Source: a bacterium
GTDB lineage: Bacteria > UBA8248
NCBI GenBank assembly: GCA_965207065.1
Contig: OZ242260.1
Location: forward strand, 2,752,001 to 2,816,000
Direction: 5' to 3'
Length of the DNA: 64,000 bases
Of this stretch, positions 1-10,824 are shown piece after piece; within the stretch, counting starts at the first letter, position 1, and each line of letters begins with the position of its first letter. A program made the position numbers and the translations under genes. The notes beneath the pieces are model-generated. The model saw only the letters and a program-made list of their open reading frames with translations, was not told the DNA's origin and did no database searches.

Positions 1-659
1 ATGCGTACGCGCTCGAGAGCCAGGAGAAGGCCGTGGCGGCTATCGAGGGCGGGAAGTTCACCGGGGAGATCGTGCCGGTCGAAATGAAGGGGCGCAAAGG
101 CGAGGTGAACGTTTTCGATAAGGACGAGACGCCGCGCAGCGGCATGTCGATGGAAAAACTAGGCCGCCTCAGGCCTGTTTTCGACAAGAACGGCTCCGTG
201 ACCCCCGGCAATTCGTGCTGCCAGGCGGATGCGGCCTCCGCCCTCGTGCTGGCGTCCAGGGATAAGGCCGAAGAGTTGGGCGCAAAGCCCATCGCCGTCC
301 TGCGCGGCTACGCCTCGACGGGCGTGGAGCCCCGCTACATGGGGCTGGGCCCGGTCACGGCCATTCCGAAGGCGCTCGATCGTGCGGGTCTCGCGCTTGA
401 GGACATGGACATGATAGAGGTGAACGAGGCGTTCGCCGCCCAGGTTATCGCCTGTGAGCGCGAACTCGAGTGGGACAGGAAAAAACTGAACGTTCACGGC
501 GGCGCCATCGCCCTCGGGCATCCGGTGGGCGCCACGGGCGGAAAAATTATCGCCACCTGCCTGAGCGCGCTCGAGCAAAGGGGCGGGCAGTTCGGCGTGG
601 TGAGCGCCTGTATCGGCGGGGGCCAGGGGGTGGCCGTCGTCCTGGAGCGCGTCGCTTAG
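1..659 (+). CDS. Acetyl-CoA acetyltransferase (thiolase), 5'-truncated by window edge
   Basis: Open frame from the window start. C-terminal thiolase motifs NEAF, GGAIALGHP and CIGGGQG. Confidence 0.95.
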   Translation, partial: AYALESQEKAVAAIEGGKFTGEIVPVEMKGRKGEVNVFDKDETPRSGMSMEKLGRLRPVFDKNGSVTPGNSCCQADAASALVLASRDKAEELGAKPIAVLRGYASTGVEPRYMGLGPVTAIPKALDRAGLALEDMDMIEVNEAFAAQVIACERELEWDRKKLNVHGGAIALGHPVGATGGKIIATCLSALEQRGGQFGVVSACIGGGQGVAVVLERVA

Positions 660-698
660 AAGAGACAATCGTGAAGTTCAGTAAAACCTGAGGATGAG

Positions 699-1553
699 AT
701 GGGAATCGAAAAGGCAATGGTGGTGGGCGCGGGTACGATGGGCGCAGGCATCGCCCAGGTGTTCGCGCAAAACGGGATTCCGGTGGTCCTGACCGACCTG
801 AATGAAGAGATGGTGGCGAAGGCCATCGGGGGTCTTGAGGCGCGCGTCGCGCGTCGCGTGGAGCAGGGAAAGATGTCTGCTGAGGCGAAAGACGCCATTT
901 TCTCGCGCATCACGCCGGGAACGGGCTACGCGAAGGCGACGGATGCGGACATCGTCGTCGAAGCCGTTTTCGAGGACATGGATATCAAGAAAGAAGTGCT
1001 GGGCGCTCTGGATGAGGCGGCGCCGGAGCGCGCAATTTTTGCATCGAATACGACCTCGCTCTCCATCACCGAGATGGCGGCGGCCACTTCGAGGCCCGAG
1101 AAGGTGGTGGGCGTGCACTTCTTCAATCCGCCGCTGGTGATGAAGCTCGTGGAGATCATGCCGGGTCTCGGCACCTCGAAAGAGACGGTGGAGGCGGCGC
1201 GCACACTCGCCGAGCGGCTCGGCAAGACGCCCGTGATGGCGAATTTCGACAGCCCGGCGGGCATCGGCAGCCGCGTGCTGGCGGGGATGCTCAACGAGGC
1301 GGTGGAAGTCTATGCGGGCGGTCTCGCTTCCGCCGAGGACATCGACAAGGCGATGAAGATGGGCGCAGGACTGCCCATGGGACCTTTGGAGCTCATCGAC
1401 CTGATCGGCGTGGACATTCACCTCGCCAAGACGGAGACGCTCTACCGCGAGCTGGGCGATACGCGCTACCGGCCCAACTTCCTGTTGCGCAAGATGGTCC
1501 GGGCGGGCCATCTGGGCCGAAAGTCCGGCCGCGGCTTCTTCACCTACGATTAA
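699..1553 (+). CDS. 3-hydroxyacyl(butyryl)-CoA dehydrogenase
   Basis: GAGTMG Rossmann motif, EAVFE, SNTTS, HFFNPP, GP(L)EL.D.IG, LGRKSG.GF. Confidence 0.95.
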   Translation: MGIEKAMVVGAGTMGAGIAQVFAQNGIPVVLTDLNEEMVAKAIGGLEARVARRVEQGKMSAEAKDAIFSRITPGTGYAKATDADIVVEAVFEDMDIKKEVLGALDEAAPERAIFASNTTSLSITEMAAATSRPEKVVGVHFFNPPLVMKLVEIMPGLGTSKETVEAARTLAERLGKTPVMANFDSPAGIGSRVLAGMLNEAVEVYAGGLASAEDIDKAMKMGAGLPMGPLELIDLIGVDIHLAKTETLYRELGDTRYRPNFLLRKMVRAGHLGRKSGRGFFTYD

Positions 1554-1574
1554 GCCTCACATCCTGAGAAAACA

Positions 1575-2726
1575 GTGGATTTTGAACTCAACGAAACCCA
1601 GCGTCTGATCAAGGAAACGGCGGCGGAGTTCGCCCAGCGGCGAATCATCCCCGTGGCCCGTGAGAACGACGAGAAAGAACGTTATCCGGCGGATATCGTC
1701 GCCGAGATGGGCGAGTTGGGCATGTTCGGCGGACCGATTCCGGAGGAATACGGCGGGGCGGGTCTCGACTATATCTCCTACGCCATCATGAACGAGGAGA
1801 TCAGCAAGGCGTGCAGTTCGGTGCGTACCGTCTTGTCGGTGCAGCTCTCTCTCGTCGCCACCACGATCCTGAAGTGGGGCAGCGAGGCGCAGAAGAAGAA
1901 GTATCTGCCCAGACTCTGCGCGGCGGAATGGATCGGGTGTTTCGGCCTCACGGAGCCGGACGTGGGCTCCGATGCCCAGCACCTGAAGACTTTTGCGCAG
2001 AAAACCTCGAGTGGCTGGAAGCTGAACGGCCAGAAGATCTGGATCAGCAACGGCGGGGTCGCGCAACTGGCGCTCGTGATCGCGCAGACCGATCGCGAGA
2101 ATCCCCGAAAGATGGCGGCGTTTCTGGTGGAAACCGACCTGCCCGGTTTCGAGGCCAGGACGATGCACGGGAAGCTGGGGCTCAGGAGTTCGAATACCGC
2201 CGAGCTTTTTCTGGCGAACGTGGAAGTGCCCGATGACGCATTGATGGGGGAAGTGGGCGATGGCTTCAAGGTCGCGATGAGCGCGCTCGACAACGGGCGC
2301 TATTCGGTGGGCGCGGGATGTCTGGGAATCGCGCAGGGTTCTCTCGAGGCGTCGGTCGCTTACGCGAAAGAGCGCCGCACGTTCGGGAAGCCCATCGCCG
2401 CGCACCAGCTCGTACAGGACATGATCGCCCGCATGGTGGTCGACATCGACGCGAGCAGGCTCCTGCTCTACCGGGCGGGGGAGCTCAAGAACGCAGGCAA
2501 GCCGAATACGCGCGAGACCTCCATCGCCAAATATTATTGCAGCGAAGCGGCCCTGCGCTGCGCGAACGATGCGATACAGATTCACGGCGGCATGGGCTAC
2601 AGCAACGAGTATCCCGTGGAGCGCTACATGCGCGACGCCCGCGTGGCGACCATTTACGAGGGAACCAGCCAGATCCAGAAGCTCATCATCGCAGGCTTTG
2701 AAACCGGAATCCGCGCGTTCGCGTGA
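1575..2726 (+). CDS. Acyl-CoA dehydrogenase
   Basis: GTG start. FGLTEP..GSD, LNGQKIWISN, KLGLR.S, FGKPI, QIHGG.GY, IYEGT.QIQ. Confidence 0.95.
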   Translation: MDFELNETQRLIKETAAEFAQRRIIPVARENDEKERYPADIVAEMGELGMFGGPIPEEYGGAGLDYISYAIMNEEISKACSSVRTVLSVQLSLVATTILKWGSEAQKKKYLPRLCAAEWIGCFGLTEPDVGSDAQHLKTFAQKTSSGWKLNGQKIWISNGGVAQLALVIAQTDRENPRKMAAFLVETDLPGFEARTMHGKLGLRSSNTAELFLANVEVPDDALMGEVGDGFKVAMSALDNGRYSVGAGCLGIAQGSLEASVAYAKERRTFGKPIAAHQLVQDMIARMVVDIDASRLLLYRAGELKNAGKPNTRETSIAKYYCSEAALRCANDAIQIHGGMGYSNEYPVERYMRDARVATIYEGTSQIQKLIIAGFETGIRAFA

Positions 2727-2890
2727 GCGAATAATATCGCAAGTCTTTGAATTTCTGCTATTTGAATGTTGTCAGGCACCCGGTCATCGGTTGTTCTCGG
2801 AATCATGATGCAAGAAACCTCTTGAAATTCGCTTCGATACGCGGTAAGGCTCAAGAAGGGCAGTGATATCAGCCGCTACGTGAGGTTGTC

Positions 2891-4000
2891 ATGACGAATC
2901 CCGAGCAGGAACTGCACAGAACCTCCCTGTATGAAACCCACAAGGCCGCAGGCGCCAAGATGGTGCCCTTCGCAGGCTATGAGATGCCCGTCCAGTACAC
3001 GGGCGTCATCGAGGAGCACCGTGCGGTGCGGGAAGCGGCCGGTCTGTTCGACGTAAGCCACATGGGCGAATTCGAGGCGCGCGGGAAAGAAGCGGGCGCT
3101 TTCGTCCACAAGTTGGTGACGAACAACGTCCGCAAGCTCGAGGTGGGCGGCGTCCTGTATGCGGCCATGTGCAGGGAGGAAGGCGGGATCGTGGACGACC
3201 TCACGGTCTACCGGCTTGGTGAGGAGCGCTACATGGCCGTTGTGAACGCGGCGAACATCGAGAAGGACTGGGAGTGGATGGCTTCCCATCACGCAGAGGA
3301 CTGCGCGTTCGAAAACGTGAGCGACCGGATTGGCCTCCTCGCTCTGCAGGGTCCCAAGGCGGAATCCATTTTAGGGAAACTGATTCCGGGCGGCGGAGAC
3401 CTCGCCGGCATCCCCTATTACGGAGCGCGGTACAAGGACGTGGCGGGGTGCGAGGTACTGGTCTCCCGCACGGGCTACACGGGCGAGGACGGTTTTGAAC
3501 TCTATTGCAAATCGGCCGATTCGCCGGTGCTATGGGATGCGCTGATGAGCGAGGGCGGGAGCGAGGGTCTCAAGCCCTGTGGCCTGGGCGCGCGGGATAC
3601 CTTGCGCACCGAGATGAAATTCGCCCTCTACGGAAACGACATCGACGAGTCCACCCATCCGCTCGAAGCGGGTCTCGGCTGGGTGGTGAGGTACAAGGCG
3701 GGGGATTTCATCGGCCGCGAGAAACTGCTGGCCCTCAAGGCCGAGGGCGTGAAGCGAAAACTGGTTGGATTCGAGATGGTGGATCGTGGTATTCCTCGTC
3801 ATGGAGCGCCCATCCTGATCGACGGCGATGTGGCCGGAGAAGTGACGAGCGGCACGATGAGTCCCTCTCTTGGCAAAGCCATCGGGATAGGCTACGTTCC
3901 TGCCTCGAATGCGGAGGAGGGCGCCGCTCTCGAAATCGACATCCGCGGCAAAGCGAGGCGGGCGCAGATTGTGAAGACGCCATTTTACAAGAAGAGCTAG
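2891..4000 (+). CDS. gcvT: Glycine cleavage system aminomethyltransferase T
   Basis: FAGYEMP, FDVSHMG, SRTGYTGEDGFE, GLGARDTLR.E. Clustered with gcvH and gcvP. Confidence 0.97.
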   Translation: MTNPEQELHRTSLYETHKAAGAKMVPFAGYEMPVQYTGVIEEHRAVREAAGLFDVSHMGEFEARGKEAGAFVHKLVTNNVRKLEVGGVLYAAMCREEGGIVDDLTVYRLGEERYMAVVNAANIEKDWEWMASHHAEDCAFENVSDRIGLLALQGPKAESILGKLIPGGGDLAGIPYYGARYKDVAGCEVLVSRTGYTGEDGFELYCKSADSPVLWDALMSEGGSEGLKPCGLGARDTLRTEMKFALYGNDIDESTHPLEAGLGWVVRYKAGDFIGREKLLALKAEGVKRKLVGFEMVDRGIPRHGAPILIDGDVAGEVTSGTMSPSLGKAIGIGYVPASNAEEGAALEIDIRGKARRAQIVKTPFYKKS

Positions 4001-4020
4001 CGGAATGATTTCCGTTTTTT
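4001..4020 (+). terminator. Small hairpin plus T-tract after gcvT (possible weak intrinsic terminator)
   Basis: CGGAA-TGAT-TTCCG followed by TTTTTT directly after the gcvT stop. Confidence 0.4.
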
Positions 4021-4071
4021 AACAACGAATCATAATCAACCGCCGTTATTAAAAGGGAGGCATTCAGGAGC

Positions 4072-4461
4072 ATGGAACTACCGAGCGGCCTCAAATATTC
4101 CAGAGAGCACGAGTGGGTGAGAGTAGAGGGAAACATCGCGGTGATTGGGATTACGGACTTCGCCCAATCCGAACTGGGAGACGTGGTCTACGTCGAATTG
4201 CCCGAAGTCGGCGCCGAGGTGGAGGCGAACAACACTTTCGGCGTCGTGGAGAGCGTTAAGGCGGTGTCGGACCTTTTCGCCCCGGTTTCGGGCGTAGTCG
4301 TCGAGGCGAACACAACGCTGGAGGATCAGCCCGAACTCGTGAACTCCGAGCCGTATGAAGACGGCTGGATGATTCGAGTGGAGATGAAAGACGATTCGGA
4401 GTTGAGCGATCTCCTGGAAGCCGATTCGTACCGGGCGTACACCGAGGAGGAAAGCGGTTAG
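4072..4461 (+). CDS. gcvH: Glycine cleavage system H protein
   Basis: HEW, GITDFAQ..LGD, ESVKA (lipoyl-Lys), PYEDGW. Confidence 0.97.
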   Translation: MELPSGLKYSREHEWVRVEGNIAVIGITDFAQSELGDVVYVELPEVGAEVEANNTFGVVESVKAVSDLFAPVSGVVVEANTTLEDQPELVNSEPYEDGWMIRVEMKDDSELSDLLEADSYRAYTEEESG

Positions 4462-4564
4462 CCTGATCCGGTTCTCTCCCTCACGCCGGCAGGGGTTTTC
4501 TAACGTGAGCCGGAGCGGAAATGACGTGTCCGCCTGAATCCCCATAACCTGAAGGGTCGCATTC

Positions 4565-7453
4565 ATGTCGGAATCTCGCTTGTCTCTTGAGAATCTCGAA
4601 AATCGGGGAGAGTTCATTCATCGCCACATCGCACCGAGCGATGCGGATATCGAATCAATGTTGGGAGTCATCGGCCTGGACTCCCTGGACGATCTCGTCG
4701 AAAAAGCCATCCCTTCATCCATCATCTCAGACACGAAGCTGAATCTCGCCGCACCCAGAGCCGAGCAGCAGGCCCTGGCCGATTTGGGCTCTTTCGCGGC
4801 CCGCAACCAGGTGTTCAAGTCTATGCTCGGCATGGGGTATTCGGATTGCCACACACCGACGGTCATTCTTCGCAACATCCTGGAGAATCCGGGATGGTAT
4901 ACGGCTTACACGCCCTATCAGCCGGAAATCTCACAGGGTCGCATGGAGGCGCTGCTCAATTTCCAGACCATGATCATGGACCTCACCGGCATGGAAATCG
5001 CCAACGCCTCTTTGCTCGATGAGGGCACGGCCGCCGCCGAGGCGATGACCATGGTGATGAACGCGAGCCGGAACAAGGGGCGCAAGTTTTTTATCTCGAA
5101 AGACTGCCATCCCCAGACCATCGAAGTGGTGCGCACGAGGGCGGAGCCTCAGGATATCGAGGTCGTGGTAGGCGATCATCGAGACGGCGCGCTGGATGAG
5201 GATGTTTTCGGCGTGCTTCTCCAGTATCCCGCAACGGGCGGGGAGATATTCGACTATGCCGATTTTGCGGCCAAAGCGCACGAGACCGACGCGCTCGTCG
5301 TCGTCGCAGCGGATATTCTCGCTTTGGCGCTTTTGAAACCCCCCGGCGAGTTCGGGGCGGACGTCGTCGTGGGCAATTCGCAGCGCTTCGGCGTTCCCCT
5401 GGGTTTCGGCGGGCCGCATGCGGCCTATCTGGCGACCAGGGAGCAATACAAGCGCGCCATGCCGGGCCGCATCGTCGGTGTCTCCATCGATTCGGACGAA
5501 AATCCCGCTCTGAGGCTTTCCCTCCAGACGAGAGAACAGCACATACGCCGTGAGCGCGCCACGAGCAACATATGCACGGCCCAGGTTCTTCTGGCTGTCA
5601 TCGCGAGCATGTACGGGGTGTACCACGGCCCGACAGGCGTCGGGAGGATCGCGCGGAGAACGCACCGCCTGTCAGGCGCGCTTGCACATGGCCTGGAGCG
5701 CATGGGTTTCTCTCTGGCGGCGGATTCTTTTTTCGACACCGTGGCGGTGCGCGTAAGTGAGGGAGGCGCCGCCCGAATCGTCGAGAAAGCGGCGCAGCGC
5801 CGCATGAACTTGAGAGTGCTCGATGATGATACCATCGGGATCGCCCTGGATGAGACTACCGGAAGAGAAGAGGTAGAAGCGCTCTGGGAAGTTTTCGCCG
5901 AAGACGGTTCAGCCCCGATATCCTTCGATGAAGTCGAGGCGGAAGCGGCGGTGAGGATTCCGGAGTCCCTGCGAAGAACCTCGCCCTACATGACGCATCC
6001 GGTTTTCAACTCCTATCACGCAGAACACGAAATGCTGCGCTATATCTATCGCCTTCAGGAAAAAGACATCGCGCTTACGCGCTCCATGATCCCCCTCGGT
6101 TCGTGCACCATGAAGTTGAACGCCACCACGGAGATGATTCCCGTGACGTGGGAGGAATTCGGCGGGATTCACCCCTTCGCACCAGAGGAGCAGGTAAGAG
6201 GATACCGCGATTTCATCGCAGACCTTGAGTTTATGCTGGCCGAGTGCACCGGGTTCGATTCCATCTCCATGCAGCCCAACTCGGGCGCGCAAGGCGAGTA
6301 CGCCGGCTTGCTGGTCATACGCAAGTACCATGAGAGCAAAAACGAGGACTACCGGAACATCTGCCTGATTCCGAGTTCGGCCCACGGAACGAACCCCGCC
6401 ACCGCCGTCATGGCCGGTTTCGAGGTGGTGGTCGTGGGTTGTGATTCGGACGGGAACGTGGATATTGCAGATCTAAGGGAGAAGGCCGGGAAATTTTCGG
6501 AAAAACTGGCCGCCCTGATGATCACCTATCCCTCGACGCACGGCGTGTTTGAAGAGGGGATAGTGGAAATATGCGACATCATCCATCGAAACGGCGGTCA
6601 GGTGTACATGGATGGCGCGAACCTGAATGCCCTGGTCGGCATCTGCAAGCCCGGGGAGTTCGGCCCCGACGTCTCCCACATGAATCTCCACAAGACGTTC
6701 TGCATCCCCCACGGCGGCGGGGGACCGGGCATGGGCCCCATCGGCGTTGTGAAGCATCTGTCTCCCTACCTGCCGAAACATTCTGTGGTTGCGGGCGTGG
6801 GCCCGGAGACGGGCGTCGATGCGATTTCCGCGGCTCCCTGGGGGAGCGCGGGAATTTTGCCTATCTCCTGGATGTATATCGCCATGATGGGCGGCGTGGG
6901 CCTCATCAAGGCGACGCAGGTGGCCATTCTGAACGCGAATTACGTGGCCAGAAGGCTCGAGCCCCACTATGAGGTTCTGTACAAAGGGGCGAACGGCATG
7001 GTGGCCCATGAGTGCATTATCGACATCAGGCCCCTCCAGGAAGCCTCGGGCGTGACGAACGAGGACATTGCGAAGCGTCTGATGGACTATGGCTTCCATG
7101 CGCCCACCATGTCCTTCCCGGTGGCGGGAACCTTGATGATCGAGCCGACGGAGAGCGAATCGCGAGAAGAGCTGGATCGCTTCTGTGACGCGATGATCGA
7201 CATCAGACGGGATATTCAGGAGATCGCGGACGGGCTGATGAGCGCGGAAGACAATGCGCTCAAGAACGCGCCTCATACGGCGTCGGACATCGCGGCTGAC
7301 GAATGGACTCATCCCTATTCGCGTGAGAAAGCCGTTTTCCCGCTGCCCTGGGTGCGCGCGGCGAAGTATTGGCCTCCCGTCAAACGGGTGAACAACCCCT
7401 ATGGAGACCGGAACCTGGTCTGTTCTTGCTTGCCTGTCGAGAACTATGCCTGA
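4565..7453 (+). CDS. gcvP: Glycine dehydrogenase (decarboxylating), single-chain P protein
   Basis: [35 protein letters not shown] (PLP Lys), GGGGPG. 962 aa. Confidence 0.98.
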   Translation: MSESRLSLENLENRGEFIHRHIAPSDADIESMLGVIGLDSLDDLVEKAIPSSIISDTKLNLAAPRAEQQALADLGSFAARNQVFKSMLGMGYSDCHTPTVILRNILENPGWYTAYTPYQPEISQGRMEALLNFQTMIMDLTGMEIANASLLDEGTAAAEAMTMVMNASRNKGRKFFISKDCHPQTIEVVRTRAEPQDIEVVVGDHRDGALDEDVFGVLLQYPATGGEIFDYADFAAKAHETDALVVVAADILALALLKPPGEFGADVVVGNSQRFGVPLGFGGPHAAYLATREQYKRAMPGRIVGVSIDSDENPALRLSLQTREQHIRRERATSNICTAQVLLAVIASMYGVYHGPTGVGRIARRTHRLSGALAHGLERMGFSLAADSFFDTVAVRVSEGGAARIVEKAAQRRMNLRVLDDDTIGIALDETTGREEVEALWEVFAEDGSAPISFDEVEAEAAVRIPESLRRTSPYMTHPVFNSYHAEHEMLRYIYRLQEKDIALTRSMIPLGSCTMKLNATTEMIPVTWEEFGGIHPFAPEEQVRGYRDFIADLEFMLAECTGFDSISMQPNSGAQGEYAGLLVIRKYHESKNEDYRNICLIPSSAHGTNPATAVMAGFEVVVVGCDSDGNVDIADLREKAGKFSEKLAALMITYPSTHGVFEEGIVEICDIIHRNGGQVYMDGANLNALVGICKPGEFGPDVSHMNLHKTFCIPHGGGGPGMGPIGVVKHLSPYLPKHSVVAGVGPETGVDAISAAPWGSAGILPISWMYIAMMGGVGLIKATQVAILNANYVARRLEPHYEVLYKGANGMVAHECIIDIRPLQEASGVTNEDIAKRLMDYGFHAPTMSFPVAGTLMIEPTESESREELDRFCDAMIDIRRDIQEIADGLMSAEDNALKNAPHTASDIAADEWTHPYSREKAVFPLPWVRAAKYWPPVKRVNNPYGDRNLVCSCLPVENYA

Positions 7454-7455
7454 TA

Positions 7456-8304
7456 ATGGAACGCAAAGATTCTGAACCGCAAGAAATCCCCCATGCACGA
7501 TTCTTGAATACGGGCGAATCTACTGCCGCCTGGAACATGGCGGTCGATGAGTTATTGTTCGAGAGTTGCCAGGCTCATCTGAGAGAAGGCCGGCCTCCCG
7601 AGGAGGCGCCTCTCACTTTTCGCGTCTACGCCTGGTCGCCTCCGGCCATTTCCCTGGGCCGCGGCCAGGCCGCCGAGCGCGATATTTTCCTGGAACGACT
7701 TGCAGATGAGGGAATCGATATCTGCCGGAGGCTCACCGGCGGGCGCGCGGTTTTGCACGATTGTGAATTGACGTATTCCATCACCGGCCCGCAGGCGCTG
7801 CTGGGAGATGCGATTGAGGAGACCTATCGCAGAATCAGCCAAGGATTGGCCGAAGGATTGGCGGCCCTGGGCGCGGAGGTGGAATTGGCTCCCCCGAGCG
7901 GGAGTGAGTATGCTTCGCAAGGCTCTTGCTTTGCCACGGCATCGGTGTGGGAACTCGCGATAGGCGGGAAAAAGATGGTGGGGAGCGCACAATGCCGCGA
8001 AGGCGGCGCGATTTTACAACACGGCAGTGTGCTGCTCCGCTCCTCGGAGGAGCGGTTGGCGAGTCTCCTCAAACCAAGGGGAGCCGAGCACCTGCTCTCC
8101 CGCAATGCCCACGCGATTGGTCTTTGGGAAGTGTTGGGCGGAGAAATTACATTTCATGAAGTGGCCGACTCCTTGAAGGCAGGCTTGGAGAAGGTGTTTG
8201 GTTTTCGCTTTGAACCAGGCGAGTTGTCGGATATTGAGAGTGCGAGAACTTTAGAAATTTCCCGTACTCGATACGAAAACCAGGAGTGGACGCTGGCAAG
8301 GTAA
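7456..8304 (+). CDS. Lipoate-protein ligase / LipM-like octanoyltransferase (catalytic domain only)
   Basis: WNMAVDE, RR.TGG.AV.H, K.VGSAQ, LQHGS. ATG at 7456 just after the gcvP stop. Confidence 0.9.
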   Translation: MERKDSEPQEIPHARFLNTGESTAAWNMAVDELLFESCQAHLREGRPPEEAPLTFRVYAWSPPAISLGRGQAAERDIFLERLADEGIDICRRLTGGRAVLHDCELTYSITGPQALLGDAIEETYRRISQGLAEGLAALGAEVELAPPSGSEYASQGSCFATASVWELAIGGKKMVGSAQCREGGAILQHGSVLLRSSEERLASLLKPRGAEHLLSRNAHAIGLWEVLGGEITFHEVADSLKAGLEKVFGFRFEPGELSDIESARTLEISRTRYENQEWTLAR

Positions 8305-8344
8305 CGAGACGTTTACCGATTGCATTATTTTACCTTCCATTTCC

Positions 8345-8374
8345 TTGACACTATCGTCGACATGGCCCTATCGT
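8345..8374 (+). promoter_or_regulatory. Putative sigma70 promoter for tRNA-Gly
   Basis: TTGACA (8345-8350), 18 nt, TATCGT (8369-8374), about 10 nt upstream of the tRNA. Confidence 0.5.
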
Positions 8375-8384
8375 TCGTATGTAG

Positions 8385-8459
<75 letters not shown>

Positions 8460-8514
8460 TTCATCAAATTGGGTGACGGCCCGGCGTTTCCCTCGCATCC
8501 AGGAATCTGCATCT

Positions 8515-9390
8515 ATGTCGCATGACTTTCATCTCAATGGCCTCTCACCCGATGAAAAGGTCGTGGAGCTTCATACCCATTCGAATATGTCCGATGGCTT
8601 GGACCCCCCGGAGAAGCTCATCCAAAGGGCGAAAAGCGCCGGGATTCGCGTCATATCGCTTACGGACCACGACACGGTTGCGGGTTTGCCTCGCGCGAGT
8701 GCGGAAGCAAAAAAGCTGGGGATGGAGTTCATTCCGGGCATTGAGTTCACTTGCGACCATGATGGTCGGAGCGTACACCTTCTCGGCCATTTCATTCAGC
8801 CGGATGCGCCCCGTCTGGTAGCGCAGATAAAAACGCACGAGTCGGCCAGGGTGGAGAGGATGGGAGAAATCATCGATCGGCTGCAGGACTGCGGCCTGGA
8901 AATCGATGGGAAAGATTTTTTCACTTCTTATGCGAATAGCCCGAGCATCACCCGGGGCCAGTTGGGCGCATACATGCTCAAGAAGGGGTTCGCCAGATCC
9001 CGCGAACAGGTTTTCGAAAAATATATTGGAGAAAGCGCGCCCGCTTATGTGAATCTGGATATACTTTCTCCTTTCGATGCGCTCGAACTCATTCATGACG
9101 CCGGCGGAGTAGGCACCCTGGCCCATCCGAAGTTGAGCGGTTGTGATGACCTTATCCCGGCAATGGCCCAAGCGGGACTCGCGGGCATCGAGGTGGAGCA
9201 TCCCTCGCAAGATGAGGATGCGAAACGACATTATCGGAAAATGGCCGAAGAACATGATCTGTTATGCCTGGGAGGCTCCGATTGTCACGGTATTCCCCAC
9301 AAGCGGGATAGACTGGGACAGTTCTCTCAGCCCTTGCGTTTGTTGCTTGAACTATCGAATCGGGCAAAAACTCGCAGGGCGGCAACATAA
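8515..9390 (+). CDS. PHP-domain metal-dependent phosphoesterase (YciV/TrpH-like)
   Basis: ELHTHS..SDG, LTDHDT, GIE, HLLG, LAHP, GGSDCHG motifs. ATG 8515 chosen because the longer ORF overlaps the tRNA. Confidence 0.92.
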   Translation: MSHDFHLNGLSPDEKVVELHTHSNMSDGLDPPEKLIQRAKSAGIRVISLTDHDTVAGLPRASAEAKKLGMEFIPGIEFTCDHDGRSVHLLGHFIQPDAPRLVAQIKTHESARVERMGEIIDRLQDCGLEIDGKDFFTSYANSPSITRGQLGAYMLKKGFARSREQVFEKYIGESAPAYVNLDILSPFDALELIHDAGGVGTLAHPKLSGCDDLIPAMAQAGLAGIEVEHPSQDEDAKRHYRKMAEEHDLLCLGGSDCHGIPHKRDRLGQFSQPLRLLLELSNRAKTRRAAT

Positions 9391-9400
9391 GGAACGCCAC

Positions 9401-10468
9401 ATGGCGCTTCAGGATCAATTCATACGTCGCTGGCGGCTTCTCAGGGCTCTGGAGAGCGGGGAAAGCTGGTCCTATGAAGAACTCCTTGCGCTCCTGAGCG
9501 AAGAGCCGGCCGAAGGCGACAGCCAAATGTGGAGTTTGAGAACGCTTCAAAGGGACATTTCGCATTTGGTCAAGGCGGGATTCCCGCTCGAGAGGGTTCG
9601 CATGGGCCGGAAGATGCGGTATCGTCTGTTGAGGGATTATGTGGATTCGGTCCCGAAGCCGTTTTCTCCTTCTCAGTGGGCGTCATTGTATTACGCCCTG
9701 AGTATGATGCGGGATTTGCCGAGCAGCCCATTGAGAGAGCTGTCACTCGGCGAAAGCGTCAGCGGTGTTTTCAGCCGGTTGCGGAGTTATATTCCTGCGG
9801 CTTTGCGTGCCTATGCGGAGGGAGTGGAGCCGCGCTACGCCGGGGTCGTAGGAGCGCTGAGAGAACATGGGCGGCAGCGCAGGGTAGGCGGCGTCTTGAG
9901 CGAAGCGATAGAGAAAGGAAGACCCGCGCGGATCCTGGCGGCACGCGCTGGCGAGATTCGAAAACGCTGGTGGAAGGTAGATCCCTATCTCCTGCATTTC
10001 GGCGGAGGAAGCTATCATCTGCTGGCGCGCGAATCGGAAAAAAATGCCCTGGACGTCTGGCATCTGGAAGGCATTGAAAGCGTTCGCGTCATGGCCGGTG
10101 CTTTTCAGATGCCGCTGGGTTTGGATTTGAAAGCTTTGCTGGAAGAGTGCTTGCGCGAAGCCATGAATAATGGTTTGAATGTGAAGGTCCGATTCGGGAA
10201 GGATGTGGCGCTTCATGCAGTCGTCGCCTTCATGGAAGAAGCGTTCGGCGAAGTGGAGCATTTGAAGAAATCGGGCAAATCGAGCCGTGATGTGAGGGTT
10301 CGGATAAGTGATATATGGGGTTTCAGACGATGGCTGATGTCATTTGGTCAGGAAGCGGAGTTGATGGCCCCGGCCGAATTGCGCGATGCGTTCGCTCAGG
10401 ATTTGGAAGCCGCCTTGAAGAAGTACCGCAAGGGCCGTCGCGGAAGAAAAGCAGCTAATCCGGCCTGA
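9401..10468 (+). CDS. HTH-WYL-WCX family transcriptional regulator (divergent WYL)
   Basis: N-terminal wHTH (SLRTLQRDI..L..AGFP), central VDPYLL....SYHL segment, C-terminal WCX-like RWLMSFG..AELMAP.ELR. Confidence 0.8.
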   Translation: MALQDQFIRRWRLLRALESGESWSYEELLALLSEEPAEGDSQMWSLRTLQRDISHLVKAGFPLERVRMGRKMRYRLLRDYVDSVPKPFSPSQWASLYYALSMMRDLPSSPLRELSLGESVSGVFSRLRSYIPAALRAYAEGVEPRYAGVVGALREHGRQRRVGGVLSEAIEKGRPARILAARAGEIRKRWWKVDPYLLHFGGGSYHLLARESEKNALDVWHLEGIESVRVMAGAFQMPLGLDLKALLEECLREAMNNGLNVKVRFGKDVALHAVVAFMEEAFGEVEHLKKSGKSSRDVRVRISDIWGFRRWLMSFGQEAELMAPAELRDAFAQDLEAALKKYRKGRRGRKAANPA

Positions 10469-10491
10469 TAAATTGTTTGGGAGGGCCTGAT

Positions 10492-10773
10492 ATGAGATTG
10501 AGAAAAGAGATGATTGAGCGAATCGCCAACAAGATCGTCGATCGGCTGAATCGCCGCGAAATGATATCCGAGGATTCGAACCAGGAAGTGCTCAGGACCC
10601 GGATTGCGCACGTCATCGAAGCGGACCTGATGGTGGAGGACCGCCTTAACGACGAGGTCAAGGAAATCCTGCGGGATTTCGAGGAGGAAATGGACAGGGG
10701 CAATGTGGACTACAGCCGGATGTTCACGATGGTGAAAACCAAGCTGGCGCGCGAGCGAAATCTCGTGCTTTGA
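10492..10773 (+). CDS. DUF507-like protein, paralogue 1
   Basis: MRL.KE.I..IA..IV...L, ED.LN.EV..IL, DY..MF..VK.KLA.ER pattern. SD GGAGG upstream. Confidence 0.8.
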   Translation: MRLRKEMIERIANKIVDRLNRREMISEDSNQEVLRTRIAHVIEADLMVEDRLNDEVKEILRDFEEEMDRGNVDYSRMFTMVKTKLARERNLVL

Positions 10774-10824
10774 AGGGGTAGCGAGAATTTTTCAGTTTCA
10801 TTTTCATTCAAGGAGAACGCGGCC

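Noticed and set aside
2727-2890. Glycine riboswitch upstream of gcvT
   Set aside because: Only a TCAGGCACC fragment resembles it. The GGAGA and CCGAAG core elements are absent.
8345-8362. TGAC-N6-GTCG as a WYL-regulator operator
   Set aside because: Too short and imperfect, and it is explained by the -35 box.
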